64,000 nucleotides of DNA from Catajapyx aquilonaris (taxonomy: Eukaryota): positions 1 through 64,000 of the forward strand of contig JYFJ02000468.1 of the NCBI GenBank assembly GCA_000934665.2. The letters are read 5' to 3'. How positions within the stretch are numbered: position 1 is the stretch's first letter; each line of letters starts with the position of its first letter. Positions 26,602 through 38,289 of this stretch are shown piece after piece. The notes below the pieces were generated by a model that made no database searches, was not told the origin of the DNA, and saw nothing but the letters and a program-made list of their open reading frames with translations. The position numbers and the translations under genes are program-made.

Positions 26602-29454
26602 TCAGTTCCTGAGTAACATGGTTATGCAGCTGTACATTACTAAAAGTGGAAAGGGGAAAGTGAGATCTGGATACCATGAAGGATGAGCTGAGTTGGATCC
26701 CGTGGGTGATTTTAATTCGCATTCACTTGTCCAGTTAGTGGGGATAATGGGAGCAAATATTTTGATAAATTCATCTAATGGGCATTCAGGCTTACTTGAA
26801 CAGCCCGGCAGCTTCATAACTTCAGGGTCGTGTTCAGTGTCGTTAAGGTATTTTATCTGTAAGTAATTTTTAATTAGTCAATGCGTGAATCAAAGGAGTA
26901 ATCTTAACTACATCACCTGGACTGAATATTGGTCTTCTTGTTGATGCAATTCAAATATGATGCAGCTCCCACAGGGTGGGATGAAAGGCCTAAATATGTC
27001 CATGGCGTAGGTCATTTGCATCAAGGTTGCGTCGTGAACGGAGTAAGTGTACAGCCGAGGAGACGACTGGTTGTTGCGAACTTTGTTGAAGTTTTTAATA
27101 ACGGTGGAAAGCATCGGCCCTACCAAAAATATGGGATGGTGTGACGTAGCTCATAGAAAACCGTTTGGGTTAGCTGGCCCAAGTGTATCAAAGAGTAACA
27201 ATGTTTGATCTTTGGATGATTTGGGTTGGAACAGCAGGCAAGGAGCACCCGGGGTGTAAACAAAGAGCAGGCAGCTCTAGCAAGTCTAAAAGGGGAAGGA
27301 AATCAGCCAGGTATCGTAAGTTACAAAGTATCACTTTCTTTCAGTGAGTACATTACCTAACTTGATGGTTTTATTGACTGACATTACACATTTACTGTCA
27401 TTCTTATCTATGACAGCACTGCAATAGCTGGTAAATAAGACAGCCAATTATACCACATTAACAATGTTGCACACGGAATGGATGTGCATAAAGATTGGTA
27501 AAAGAAATTTAATGGTAAATGCAGTTGAAGAAGTGTATAAAGTTAGGCGATGTTATACTTAATTTTATATACTGCCATCGATGCGACCTGATTGATTTCA
27601 TGTCCTTTTCAGACCGACAGTTTTAGTTAGAGCAGCGGGCTCTCTAGCTGTTTACATCTCTGGTGTTTTTTCAGACCTTTTTTGCTTTGTGTAGTATCAT
27701 ACAATATTGCCTCGGACATAACAAAGTCAGGATATGAGGATTCCACCAGAGTGCTTGGGATTGAAACAGATGACTTTTATTACAGCTGTGTCATATTTGA
27801 ACAATCCCGTACTTACATGTGATAAGTTTTTGATAACTTTATCACGCCTGTAATGATCACATTACCCAATGCACGCAACACAAGGGAATAAAAGAAGTGG
27901 TGCGTCTTCCCACAGGCTGAAATAATTATTTAGAATCCTAATGGTAAGGACATGGCTGCCAAAAACACGAGACCTGCGGTAGTGTATTCAAGCTGTTCAA
28001 ACTGACCAAATATAGGCCCTTCTGTTGATTAGTTTAAAATTATGAATTCCTTCGACTTAATATTATAATATATGAAACTTCAATAACACCCAATAGGAAA
28101 TATGAAAGCATCTAAGTTAGGCCTAATTAATCTAATCATATTGTTAATGCAATATTGGTCAATTGAAACTGACAGTTCAATAGAAACACACTATGGGACA
28201 AATTACCAATTTAAATACGTCGTATATATTTTTTGGTGTGTGGCACTCCTAAACTTGCCAACCACAAATTTTCTGAAGCTTATTTAAACAAATATGAATA
28301 ATATTGGGAATACACACCTGCACGAAGCCTTTGCAGCAACTGATTGTGCACTTGAACTATGTACGCATAAATTGCCATGTCGTATATTTTTTCGGGAAAC
28401 ACTTCTTGAGCCCACTTCGGTATGGTCAGGTTGTTTTCACTCTCTACGAACAAGGTGTTGTAGAAGAAACCAACGTTGACTATTGTTGGAATGGGCAGTC
28501 CGCTCTTATCCCTCAAGTAATTCCACATCTCGGTGTGATCATCCAAGAATTTTTTCACATCCGGATCCTCAGTGTAGATCCGATTTAGTTCATCCTCTGC
28601 TCGAGGGCACTTTGCAAAGTAATAGAACTGCAAAAAATGCATCTAGTCATATGCAAATATAGCTTACTACACTATTTTGTATTATTTTTTTGCTTCATCG
28701 GCTGGTGAAGTTCGTTTAGTCACTAAAGATTCATAATGAGCCAGCAAGCCAGTATTTTTTGTATTAATTAGTATGTATAGCAAGTGGGAGATTACAATAT
28801 TCAATTCGATTATCCCTTTTCTTGTATGCTGACGATTTTTGAGCTATAGTTGAATAGGTCAAAGGACCCGTTTAATGATATATTTTTTCGCCAAAATTAT
28901 TTCAAACTCACCGGATCTTTGTCAATAGCAAGAGTGTGGACAGGTGTGGGTTGCCAGAGCAGGTCTTTCAACCACACCTGATCCCCAACAGGCGGGTACA
29001 TTCCAGCCAAAAAGCCTTCGGCACTCATCAGCGTTCGAGACTTGTCAGTGCTGTACATGTACATGTCCTTGTCCTTGAAGTATTCTGGTATGAAGGTCTT
29101 GTAAATGGCTCGGATATGTTGACCCAGATTGTACATGCGCAACTTTCCAACCTGCAAGGACACTGCCTCGTACAATGACACCAGATTGTGTGTGAGCGAT
29201 ACGTACATTAGTCAGCTGGCCCCAACCTTCAGGCCAGTACGAAAGGTTATTGTACGGATCTGTCGGGTATGACTCGATTGGTGTTCTCTCGCCATGTCTG
29301 AAAAACTGGATCATCGCACAATCGACTTACGTTCAAAGATCCAAGATATGATCAGCCTTACCACATGAAGTGATCGCAACGTGTCGTTGTTGACAGAAAT
29401 CGACAGGCCGAAAATGCAGCACAGAAACACGAGGTAGCAGAAAATACTGGTCAT
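26602..29454 (-). CDS. AP7: histidine acid phosphatase, 6 exons, hydrophobic C-terminus
   Basis: Signal exon MTSIFCYLVFLCCIFGLSIS, RHGERTP, YSTDKSRTLMSA, fused exon 28318-28627, SVHDA. Ends PFPLLVMYSCITMLLRN*. Confidence 0.9.
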
Positions 29455-30279
29455 TTTTGATACTAGTTGAGGCCAAACTGCTTGACAATTCCAGTGGTCA
29501 GATAAGCACCCCAAGTTCTAGATGTCTCGTGAGAGGGAGTTAACGGACAGGCTTGGGTATCGGAATATTACGTCATGAGGGATAGCGGTAGCCTGATGCT
29601 AGAAGTAGACTTGTCCAGTTGAGATTGAGAATGCTCGTTAGAGTGCAACGCTGGATTCAAGGACGAGAAAATAATAGTAGTCAGGAAACCCAAGGTAGAC
29701 ATACAGTGTATGTTTACAAAAATGGTCGATGACTTGCTATGGCGAGAGAGCAGCAATGTCTATCCTGTAATATATCATTGTGCTGCAATACTATACAGTA
29801 AAACTGTCCAATAAATGTGTTTATGTCATATGCTATTTGAGCGTAAAACCTGTTTAGAGATGACCCTGGATCTAGGAAAAACTTGCTCATTACGAAACGT
29901 TACGAAGAACTGTTGATATAGACGGTATTCGTGTAACATTGGATGATTTATACATTTCTCGATATGCTAATTATGTTTACTAGTCTTCCTTTTGAAATCC
30001 TGGCTGTACGAACTAATTGCCGATGAATTTTGAGAGTCTCTGATCTAGGGAGGATATTTAGAAGATCAACGCGTAAATATAGATTTTACCATTTACATTA
30101 TTTGCATATAACTTATATCATAATATTAGTGTAACTATAAGTGTAACGGTTGTGGTCTTAACCACGTATGCTACCATGTAGATTTAGGAGACACGGAGTA
30201 TGAAAACCGAAAGGTACAGTACGGTAACATGATAGATGCTTATTATTTTATTATTTGGTTACTTGAAAACTATTCATCA

Positions 30280-30982
30280 AAACTTCTACATAAGTCGAAT
30301 CTCCATGGGACCGGGAAAAAACTTCCAGTTATAGAAGATTCGAGTGAGAGAAGTTTGGAATTTTTTAAGCACATAATTTTATAAGGAAGACTATACCATT
30401 ATGTCCAGCGACGAAAAGTGTTCATAACTTAAAAAAATAACTGTCCCTATCACACTTACAATGTTCCTCGTCGTTTTGTTGTAAAAAATGTCCGTTATGG
30501 ACATTTGCTTACTCTTAGATTCAAGGATTCGATTGTCACGATCGAGTCAAACCAGGGATGGAAAAAGAACCGCTTCTTGGAAGGAAGCGGTTCTTTTTTC
30601 CATGTTCAGGGTTGGAAAAAAGAACCGCTTCCTTCCAAGAAGCGGGTCTTTTTCCATCCCTGAGTCAAACACTTCTTTCGGTACGTCTGGTAGACGGAGA
30701 TCAGGAAATTGAGCCTTTCTGAGCATGTGGCCTACTCTAAACCATTCGGCTGGGAAATGAGAAAATTTTCCGTAGTCGCCAACATGAACTTCGACTTAGG
30801 GAGACTGAGAATGCATTGATATCCCATCGTAAGGCCCTGCCAGCACTTCGAGTTATATAAATTCGAGTTAGGGAAGTTTATTTCCTATTACATTGTGACC
30901 AACCAAACTCGTCATTTTCGTCGACTTATAGAGAACTTACTTCGACTTGGGGAAGTTCGACTCAGTTATAAAAGTTTTACTG
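30280..30982. mobile_element. Degenerate pogo/Tc1-like non-autonomous element
   Basis: Repeated TTCGAGTTA/TTCGACTTA subterminal motifs and right end AAGTTTTACTG. It begins where similarity to the paralogous spacers (about 44520 and 52370) stops. The left boundary is uncertain. Confidence 0.45.
30553..30662. mobile_element. 110-bp hAT-like MITE, internally double-palindromic
   Basis: Termini CAGGGATGGAAAAAGA...TCTTTTTCCATCCCTG. 8-bp TSD AGTCAAAC at 30545-30552 and 30663-30670. Confidence 0.85.
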
Positions 30983-31089
30983 GCAGGAGCCCTTTTAGGG
31001 GGATACAACGACAACAATTGTAACTTTGAGCGGACATATACCATGAGAATGAAAAAATAAATAAATAAAATAGAACAATAACTTTCACT

Positions 31090-31900
31090 GACCAGTGCTC
31101 ACTACTAAGACTTCCTAGTCACACAATTCGATCCTCCTAATGACATTATCCAAAAAATTACTGAGATTAAAGGTCAGATCCTTCGGTAAGTCTTCCGAAA
31201 GTAAATGAAAGCGGTCGGGTGGATAAGATGGCAGGTTATGAAGGAACAAAAATCTGGGGGTACGAAAGAAAGGGCAGACATAAATTATATGATAAGGGGA
31301 AATCGTCTCCGTAATGTTACACCACGTACAAGCCTCCACATAGTCCTCCCGACTTTTCCGTTTCGTAATCCCTTTCACTTTTCGTCATCCTCAAGTGGGC
31401 TCTGATTGGTCCACTCTTTCGGATCGTTCTTTTCGTATGCTCCCGTCAGCTAGTGTGAACCCCCCTTTACTTACCCTATCCGTCATCGCATTCGTAAATA
31501 GACCAGACGAGGAAAATTATTTTACTCCCAGATAAGTAAATGACTTGACAACCTCGATAGATTTGTCATCTATTGTAAATTTCTCGGAAGAAGAAAGCCT
31601 GCCACCTCTTCTGAAAATGATCACCTTAGTTTTATTTATATTAAGGTTCAGGCCATTTTCCTTGAGATAATCGTCAACTGGTAGAAGTTAGCAGTCTAAG
31701 TTGTAGGTAGTGTTTATTGTCTGCAAGCAATGATTTGTCATCAGCAAAGAGTAAGGCTTTAATGCCATTTCCGTCACCAGGTAATATATTGTATGCCGTT
31801 TGTGGAGAGATCATTTAACCAACTCTGAATGTAATCATGCAGACTGTAGAGAAGGAACAATAGTGGGGAAAGAGGATCTCCCTGTCAAACACCTTTCTGT
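31090..31900 (-). mobile_element. Decayed LINE reverse transcriptase and C-terminal fragment
   Basis: Minus-strand peptides QGDPLSPLLFLLY (about 31850-31885), LFADD (about 31745), GLNLNINKTKVIIFRRGG...FTYLGV (about 31525-31665) and the CCHC region CTWC...HIIYVCP (ORF 31115-31378). Frameshifted and internally deleted. Confidence 0.85.
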
Positions 31901-31918
31901 GTAGGTACTGTACATGTA

Positions 31919-32078
31919 CACTGTTGGTCATATATCGAGGCAACCGTCAGCGACATTTTCCGGAGCGGCAGAAGAAGGAATCTTGCTCGCCATGCTTGAA
32001 GTATGCTTATCTTCGATTCCTTCTTCTGCCGCTTCGGAAAATGTCGCTGGCGGTTGCCTCGATATATGACCAACACTG
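31919..32078. mobile_element. TA-flanked MITE (Tc1/mariner-like)
   Basis: Inverted arms of about 64 bp (CACTGTTGGTCATATATCGAGGCAACCG...CGGTTGCCTCGATATATGACCAACACTG) with TA on both sides. Confidence 0.8.
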
Positions 32079-32143
32079 TACGTTAATTTATTTTTGACCA
32101 CCTACCACGTGCACGATGAATTCTGGCTTTACTGTAAAGGTCT

Positions 32144-32883
32144 ATCTAACCAAAAACGGACTCGTAAAAAAACCTTAGCCACTCCGCCTAAAAAAGTCGT
32201 GAGATCATGGGTGGACACCAAGCCTCTTTGTGAGACTATAGATTAAGTCAAGTTACTTGCCTCACGATTGGAGACTATAGACTTACAACTCGTAGACTTG
32301 GCGCATGGTTCGAGACTATAGACTAAGGTGAGCGACTTGGCTCACGGGGAATTATACCGATACAAGGTGTTTCACAACTCGTGTCCAAAACTTTGAGGTT
32401 GAACTCGTGTGCACCAGTGGATCACTTTACATACGCGTAGAGCAGGTGAAGCGATTCACTGGTGCTCAGGAGTTCACCCTAGAAGTTTTGGACGCGAGTT
32501 GAGAAACACCCTGTATGGTTTGAAGGGGGAATTGGTTACTACATGAGTATACGGTAATTAAGGAATTGCAGTCTGGATATTACAGCAGTAAATGGAAGGC
32601 GTGTAACAGTCATTGGTTGATCCGAAACTACTAAATTTTATCGTTAAGCCGCCTATTGCTCTTCATACCCGGTGAACCAAGTGGCTCAACCTTAGTCTAT
32701 AGTCTCGAACCATGCGCCAAGTCTACGAGTTGTAAGTCTATAGTCTCCAATCGTGAGCCAAGTAACTTGACTTAATCTATAGTCTCACAAAGAGGCTTGG
32801 TGTCCACCCATGATCTCACGACTTTTTTAGGCGGAGTGGCTAAGGACTTGGCGGTTTTTTTACGAGTCCGTTTTTGGTTAGAT
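32144..32883. mobile_element. Foldback-type element with about 195-bp TIRs
   Basis: 32144-32340 is almost exactly reverse-complementary to 32677-32883. Each arm carries three GAGACTATAGA subrepeats. Confidence 0.85.
32363..32513. mobile_element. Tc1/mariner-like MITE nested in the foldback element
   Basis: TA|CAAGGTGTTTCACAACTCG...CGAGTTGAGAAACACCCTG|TA with long imperfect arms. Confidence 0.8.
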
Positions 32884-33199
32884 CTCAAGACTTTTTGTGC
32901 AGTTGCAGTAAATAAGGAGTGATATTTTCTCCGGTACACAGGAAAATACGATATAAGTGTGGAATTGATTGGTTTTTATTTTCAAAGTGTCAGACGACAC
33001 ACATAACATGTTTGTAAGAGGGCCGCCCATGCCATGCTCTTCCCAACCTTATTCCATCACCCCAAACCAACAACTCTCCCATCATACACATCTACCTTGT
33101 TTCCGTGACATTAGGAGGGCTACTTTGTGATTTGTCTAATATTATGTCCGAGTCTGTTGTATTCCAGTATAAGGAGTTTCTATTGTGTTAGCTTTTACC

Positions 33200-33780
33200 T
33201 GGGTATGATCAACGTTGATTATATGGATTCCGTCAATTGTTGTGACACGAGCCAAGGCTACGTAGGTTTGGCCGCAACGGAAAAGTGATGAGCCGTTGTC
33301 GATTAGGGCAGTGTCTAAGCTCGAGCCGTGACTCTTGTGAATTGTGATGCCGTTTAAGCTATCGTTATTAGGGAACTGTTTTCTATAAGCTTAGACGAAT
33401 TCTTTTGTTGTAACTTCAAATTTGCTCTTCACAGGCCCTAAATCGTATTCCAATCCGAAAGAAAGTTGAATTTTTATGGATTTTACTTTTTTTTTGGAGT
33501 GTCTGGGTTGTACATAACACTCAGTACGGTACCCACTGCACCGAAGAGTAACATCAATGTTTCTTCTTAACATATAATCTTTGTGCAAGTTTAATATAGC
33601 ATTTTTTTTTCCAAACCAGCCGTATTAGAGTAGAACAATCCTCTTCGTACTTTTTGAGTATAGCTTATTGACTGGAGCATAGATCTGGGACAGTCCAACG
33701 AGTCCTCAGCTTCCAGGATGATCTCAGGAGAGTTTATAGCTTCAAGTATGGCTTTATGTAAGGCTTTGCACAATGTGGTT
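33200..33780 (-). mobile_element. Decayed Pif1-type helicase fragment, probably Helitron-derived
   Basis: Minus-strand peptides MLRRNIDVTL and RKQFP...ITIHKSHGSSLDTALID...FRCGQTYVALARV match the Pif1 motif V/VI region. Reading frames are broken. Confidence 0.75.
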
Positions 33781-33982
33781 GGTTGGCAGCAAACAAAAAA
33801 TATTGCATCTTCTGGCAGGCTGGATAATTGCCTCGTAAGTTGATCGAATCAGCCAGTAGGATTAGTCGACGTGATATTCACGAGTCTCTCAGTAAGTACC
33901 TGGATATTGTTATTGGAAATTATTCCCAAGCGTACACAGTAAAGCACAAATTCACTATTATTTTGCTGTCTCATATTATTTT

Positions 33983-34128
33983 ATTGTTAGTTCATCGACA
34001 ATCGATCAGCAATCGATCAACAATGCTAATAATCAGATCGATTGTTAGTGCATCAACAATCAATCAGCAATGTTAGTAATGAGATCAATTGTTAGTTCAT
34101 CAACAATCGATCAACAATGGCTTAGATG
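33983..34128. repeat. Degenerate tandem repeat, about 47-bp unit x3
   Basis: ATTGTTAGTTCATCAACAATCGATCAGCAAT-like unit occurs three times in tandem. Confidence 0.75.
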
Positions 34129-34626
34129 CAATGATTTTTTCTCTCTTTCTAATACCTGCATAAGTTGTCTGGTGCCTAATAATTTTTATTTATGGAGTTG
34201 TGCCCCTTGGTTTGAGATTTCCATACGGTTCCATTTTGTCTCTCCTGATCAATATAATGGCTAAAGTTATTAAAAAGCTGGCATCTCGAATCACGATGGC
34301 CTATTCCTAATGTTCATATATTAAGTAGTAGCCCTTGTTTTGAGGATTTCAGATCAGTTTCCATTATGTCTCTGCGATCAGTAATGGCTGATTTACGATT
34401 TTTTTAAAGATTCGAAATGCCCGCCATCTAGAATCTAGATGATCGAGTTCCAGTTTCGGACTTTTCCCTAGTGTCCCAGACCGTAACCTATCTTTATGGC
34501 AAATTTGGTGTCTCTATGATAGCTGTAAGTACATGATCAATTTGATTATCACCACCAAAGAGCTTAATACTAGGAAGAGTGGAAAAAACGGTTTCCAAGC
34601 GTCGCCACTTTTTGGCCAGTTGTTTA

Positions 34627-34691
34627 CAAAGAGTTCTGCTATTATATAATATAATATATATGGTGTATATATAATATAGCAGAACTCTTTG
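34627..34691. mobile_element. 65-bp TIR-only remnant of a P-like element
   Basis: CAAAGAGTTCTGCTA...TAGCAGAACTCTTTG with 8-bp TSD GTTGTTTA (34619-34626 and 34692-34699). Termini match the element at 47480-47762. Confidence 0.8.
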
Positions 34692-37140
34692 GTTGTTTAG
34701 TCAACGTCTTTGGCTGACGATCACTACGCGGCGCCACCGTCGAGTGCTGTCGAGATGAATTTCAATAAACTGTGTTGATTTAATATCAAGAGGCACATAA
34801 TTAAGAGTTATAAATCTAAAAACTGACCAATATGAGGTCGTATGCGGTTAAGGCACTAATTTAGGATAGAACCAGATATTCGACGCAGCTTTCCACCCTG
34901 CACCTAACAATCCAAATTATCACCTCGTTGCTTAGAAATCACGTTCGAATTTTGAAATAGAACAAGTTCCAAGGACGGCATAGTGGGGCGTAGACGGTCG
35001 GGGGTTGGGTGCAGAGTGCTTCTACTACTGTTCGCGCACGGGGTCTCGGATCGCATTCTTTTCATTACCAAAGGACCCTCCACGGCTCTCGAGTTCACGG
35101 TAGAAGAACAACAAGCCCGTCCCGCCACAAGATGGACATAGCAGCGGGGGGTATATTTTCCTGTCATGACCATGCTCAGCATGTGCTCAGCATCATGACC
35201 AGTGTGTACAGTAGCCTACCGTGGTGTGTATTGTATAGCGCAGAGTGTGGGATTATTGTAGTGGCAATAAACTTCCGGCAAACAATTTGCTTTTCGTGCT
35301 GGTATTTTATTCACAGGTCTTCTACATCGTGTTTTGTCGTCAATTTTTACACCAACGAGAGTATACGAGTGCTTATAGCTTATTTCCAACCTCTGGGGCT
35401 TTTATTGCCATATTTCCGGCACTGCCTCGATCTACCGTATTGTACAATACAGTATCGAGTTTGGCTGTCGATCGCCAGGTGGCAGGTCAGTCGATTGGAG
35501 ACACGGTTGCTATGCTACCAGCTGTTTTTTCCACTCTTCCTAGTATTAAGCTCTTTGATCACCACCTATATATATATATCATTATATTATTGGAAGAAAA
35601 ATGGCCTTTTTTGAGGCTTTATATCTCGAGAACCTTTTGTCACAAAATTAGGAATATTTTTTTGTAGGGTCCCTGGGCCCATGCCATTCTATTTTGTAAA
35701 GCTCAGGTCTCCAGCGTTTTCCCGAGCTGAGCTGGAAGGAGGTCAAATGTAGTATACGAAGAGGCTGGAGTAAAAGGCCCACAGCAGTGCATGTTTATTT
35801 GGTTGCCTGGTTACATGACAAGTGGCAGTAGGTGATGTGTCGAAATGTAGACTGTGTGTGTGGTGTGAAGTGATGCGGAGTGATGACTTGGCGGGGTGCA
35901 CTGCCGTGCACCTTGATAAATATCTGACTTAGTCATAGCGTAATACTTTTTTTGGGGAATTTTGCAGGAAAAGGGTTTTCTAAATTACAGCTGTGCAAGT
36001 AATATTTTATTAGTTTTGTTTTCCAAACAATGTTTATTACAATCATTCAGTACAGGTAGTGGAATACTTTGTAGCAATGCCTCTCAGACGACAAGAAAAG
36101 AAAATCTGACATGATTTTTTCGGAACATCATTTCAGGCATTGGGCTGGCACCTCTCCTCTTCATACCTAATACCTGGCACGTCGTGTTGGCTGGGGGCAA
36201 TGGCTGTCTCTCAAACACGGAGCACGTAGGCAGGCGAGAGAGCAGGCAGGGAGGCGAAAAGATGGCTGGAAGAGAACTTCAGCCTTCAGGCGACCACAAA
36301 CCGTACCAACCCACAAAAGTCAACCACAAAACAGATATATAGTGACGACCCATGAAAAGACCCCACGGCCACGTTGGATTCCTGCAAATTTTTTGGGCTG
36401 CGCTTTTGTGTCGGGAGACCCCAAACTTCTATTCTCCTATAGGCATGTATCTGCTGAAGAATAGGCGTGTATTCGCTGAAGACAGGTCTGTATCCGCAAG
36501 GAAGGAAAGGTTAGGTTAGGTTAGGGTGGTACACCATACCCCTTCCCCTCCCCGACCACCACCATCTCGTATGTTTACCCTGAGGAAATGTCTAGACGCC
36601 AGGTATTTCGGGTTCCAGTTGCGTCTGTCTACTGTACTTCAAAACCCCAGAAATCCCATCCATGCAGTCCTTTCCTGGACCGACTATAACAGCACTCTTT
36701 GCATCACTCTTGTAATTCGAATTTGCCTCCTTCTACAGTCCCTGCAAGGTTCGTGTGGCAGCCGTAGCGAATGCNCAAAAAAAAAAAAATCAATACTTCT
36801 CGACCGGACTGCGTTTGTGACACAGCCATTGCCCCCGGCCACAATAACTCAGTGCCCTCCCGCCTTCCGCGTGCCTGTCAACCCTAAGTACTCCTTCCCC
36901 ATTTCCATTGAACTTAACTTCCAAGGGCGCAAGGGGCAACAAAAGTAAAAGCAAAGTGGTTTTATGGAGTAAGTATTCCTGACGTCATTTTCTTCTCACA
37001 AACATAGCAAGTACCGTAATAGGTAACATAAATAGATAATTTACACCAACAATTTCCTTGTTTGTATGCATAGCCTATACCCATTTGAATAGGCGTGTAG
37101 TTTTTCCTATGACGACAGTAATCTCGGCATGGAGTACAGG

Positions 37141-37148
37141 TATATAAG
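37141..37148 (+). promoter_or_regulatory. Candidate TATA box of oxygenase copy 1
   Basis: TATATAAG about 50 nt upstream of the ATG at 37192. The homologous site is recognisable upstream of the truncated copy at 56711. Confidence 0.45.
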
Positions 37149-37191
37149 GGGGGCTCTTCTACCATTTCTGCTTGAAACCTAATCGGACAAG

Positions 37192-38289
37192 ATGGCACCC
37201 CAGTCACCCGAGGTTCAAGTGACTCAGGACGACCTCCAGGAATGGGCATTTGCAACAACGACCCCAGCTCTGGAAACCCCTTCCCTTGACGACTCTCCTC
37301 CAACATGGGTAGACAAGCAAAAGTTCAAAAGAGGGCAAGAATTTGCCGTCAGGTACCTGGGAATCATCAGCTTGACTGGCCTCCTTGGCTCGGCCATTTC
37401 CTTCACCGTGGCCACCATCGAAAAAGTGCTCGGCTACAACGGATCTTTCAAGTCTGTTCCAAACTGCTATCGACGCATCCGAGTCACCAAAGACCACGTG
37501 TGTGCCTGGTTGACCGGAGATATGTGGGACCCATCTGACAAGTCCTACAAGATGATGGCGAGTCTCCAGAAGCTGCATAAAAGAGTGGGCATCGTGGCCA
37601 ACCAGAGGAAAGAGGAAGTGGACATATTCACTGTGGACACCACCACTGAACCCCAGGTCAGCAAACAATGCGTCGCATGGCCTCTTCTGCAGAAGGACTG
37701 GCAGTCACTCAAGTACAAGGGATGGAACCAGCCAGCCTTCCAGTATCCAGAGGACACCATGTACATGAGCCAGTTCGACGCTGCTGCTGTCATCTTTGGT
37801 TTGGCAGCACCGACCGTGGGCTATCCGGAGAAGTTTGGTCTCCACGACGCCACCAGAGAAGACCTGGAGGGTTACCTGCACTGGCTTCGAGTCGTGGCCT
37901 ACTATCTAGGGGTGGAGGATCGGTTCAACCCGTGCTCCGGAACCATAGAGGAATTCAGGAATTATGTGTGGAAGTATTTCAGCAGCATAGTTCTCCCCTC
38001 ATTCCAAAGCATGTCTAAGGAGAACGAGTTCTTCTTCAGAATCCACATGGAGGCCCTGGGGACGAGAAGCAGATTGATAAAACTATTGTCTCCGCCTCCA
38101 GAAACAATGTTTCTTCTGCTTGGCTGGACTTTGGATGTGGAAATGCCTTTTTTCTACAGCTCGGTCAGCTGGTATGCTAAATTTTCCTATTGGATTTTCA
38201 AATTTCTTACCTCTGTGCTTATGCGAATCTCTTTTGTCCGGACGATTGTTAACCACTTTGCGGAAGTAATGTTTGTGAAGAATTTCTGA
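37192..38289 (+). CDS. OX1: MpaB/Lcp-like (DUF2236, ER-bound oxygenase/rubber oxygenase domain) protein, 365 aa, coding-intronless
   Basis: Motifs PTWVDKQKFKRGQEF, YRRIRVT (RxxxT), LQKLH (putative heme-ligand His), MSQFD, GYLHWLRVVAYYLGVEDRFN and a hydrophobic C-terminal region. The family was recognised by eye, not by database search. Confidence 0.8.
   Translation: MAPQSPEVQVTQDDLQEWAFATTTPALETPSLDDSPPTWVDKQKFKRGQEFAVRYLGIISLTGLLGSAISFTVATIEKVLGYNGSFKSVPNCYRRIRVTKDHVCAWLTGDMWDPSDKSYKMMASLQKLHKRVGIVANQRKEEVDIFTVDTTTEPQVSKQCVAWPLLQKDWQSLKYKGWNQPAFQYPEDTMYMSQFDAAAVIFGLAAPTVGYPEKFGLHDATREDLEGYLHWLRVVAYYLGVEDRFNPCSGTIEEFRNYVWKYFSSIVLPSFQSMSKENEFFFRIHMEALGTRSRLIKLLSPPPETMFLLLGWTLDVEMPFFYSSVSWYAKFSYWIFKFLTSVLMRISFVRTIVNHFAEVMFVKNF

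Noticed and set aside
33983..34128. Spaced repeats that might suggest a CRISPR-like array
   Set aside because: Simple degenerate tandem repeat without unique spacers, in a eukaryotic context with no cas genes.
35009..35667. 201-aa and 140-aa overlapping ORFs
   Set aside because: No recognisable domain, non-ATG starts, and located within repeat debris.
36509..36526. (TTAGG)3 telomere-like tract, also CCTAA-like at about 8427-8439
   Set aside because: Too short. Such tracts are common inside arthropod repeats and are not evidence of a telomere or fusion.
37192..38289. Recent horizontal transfer of the intronless, more GC-rich oxygenase genes from microbes
   Set aside because: To my recollection related proteins occur widely in arthropods, and lack of introns alone is not evidence. 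A phylogeny would be needed.
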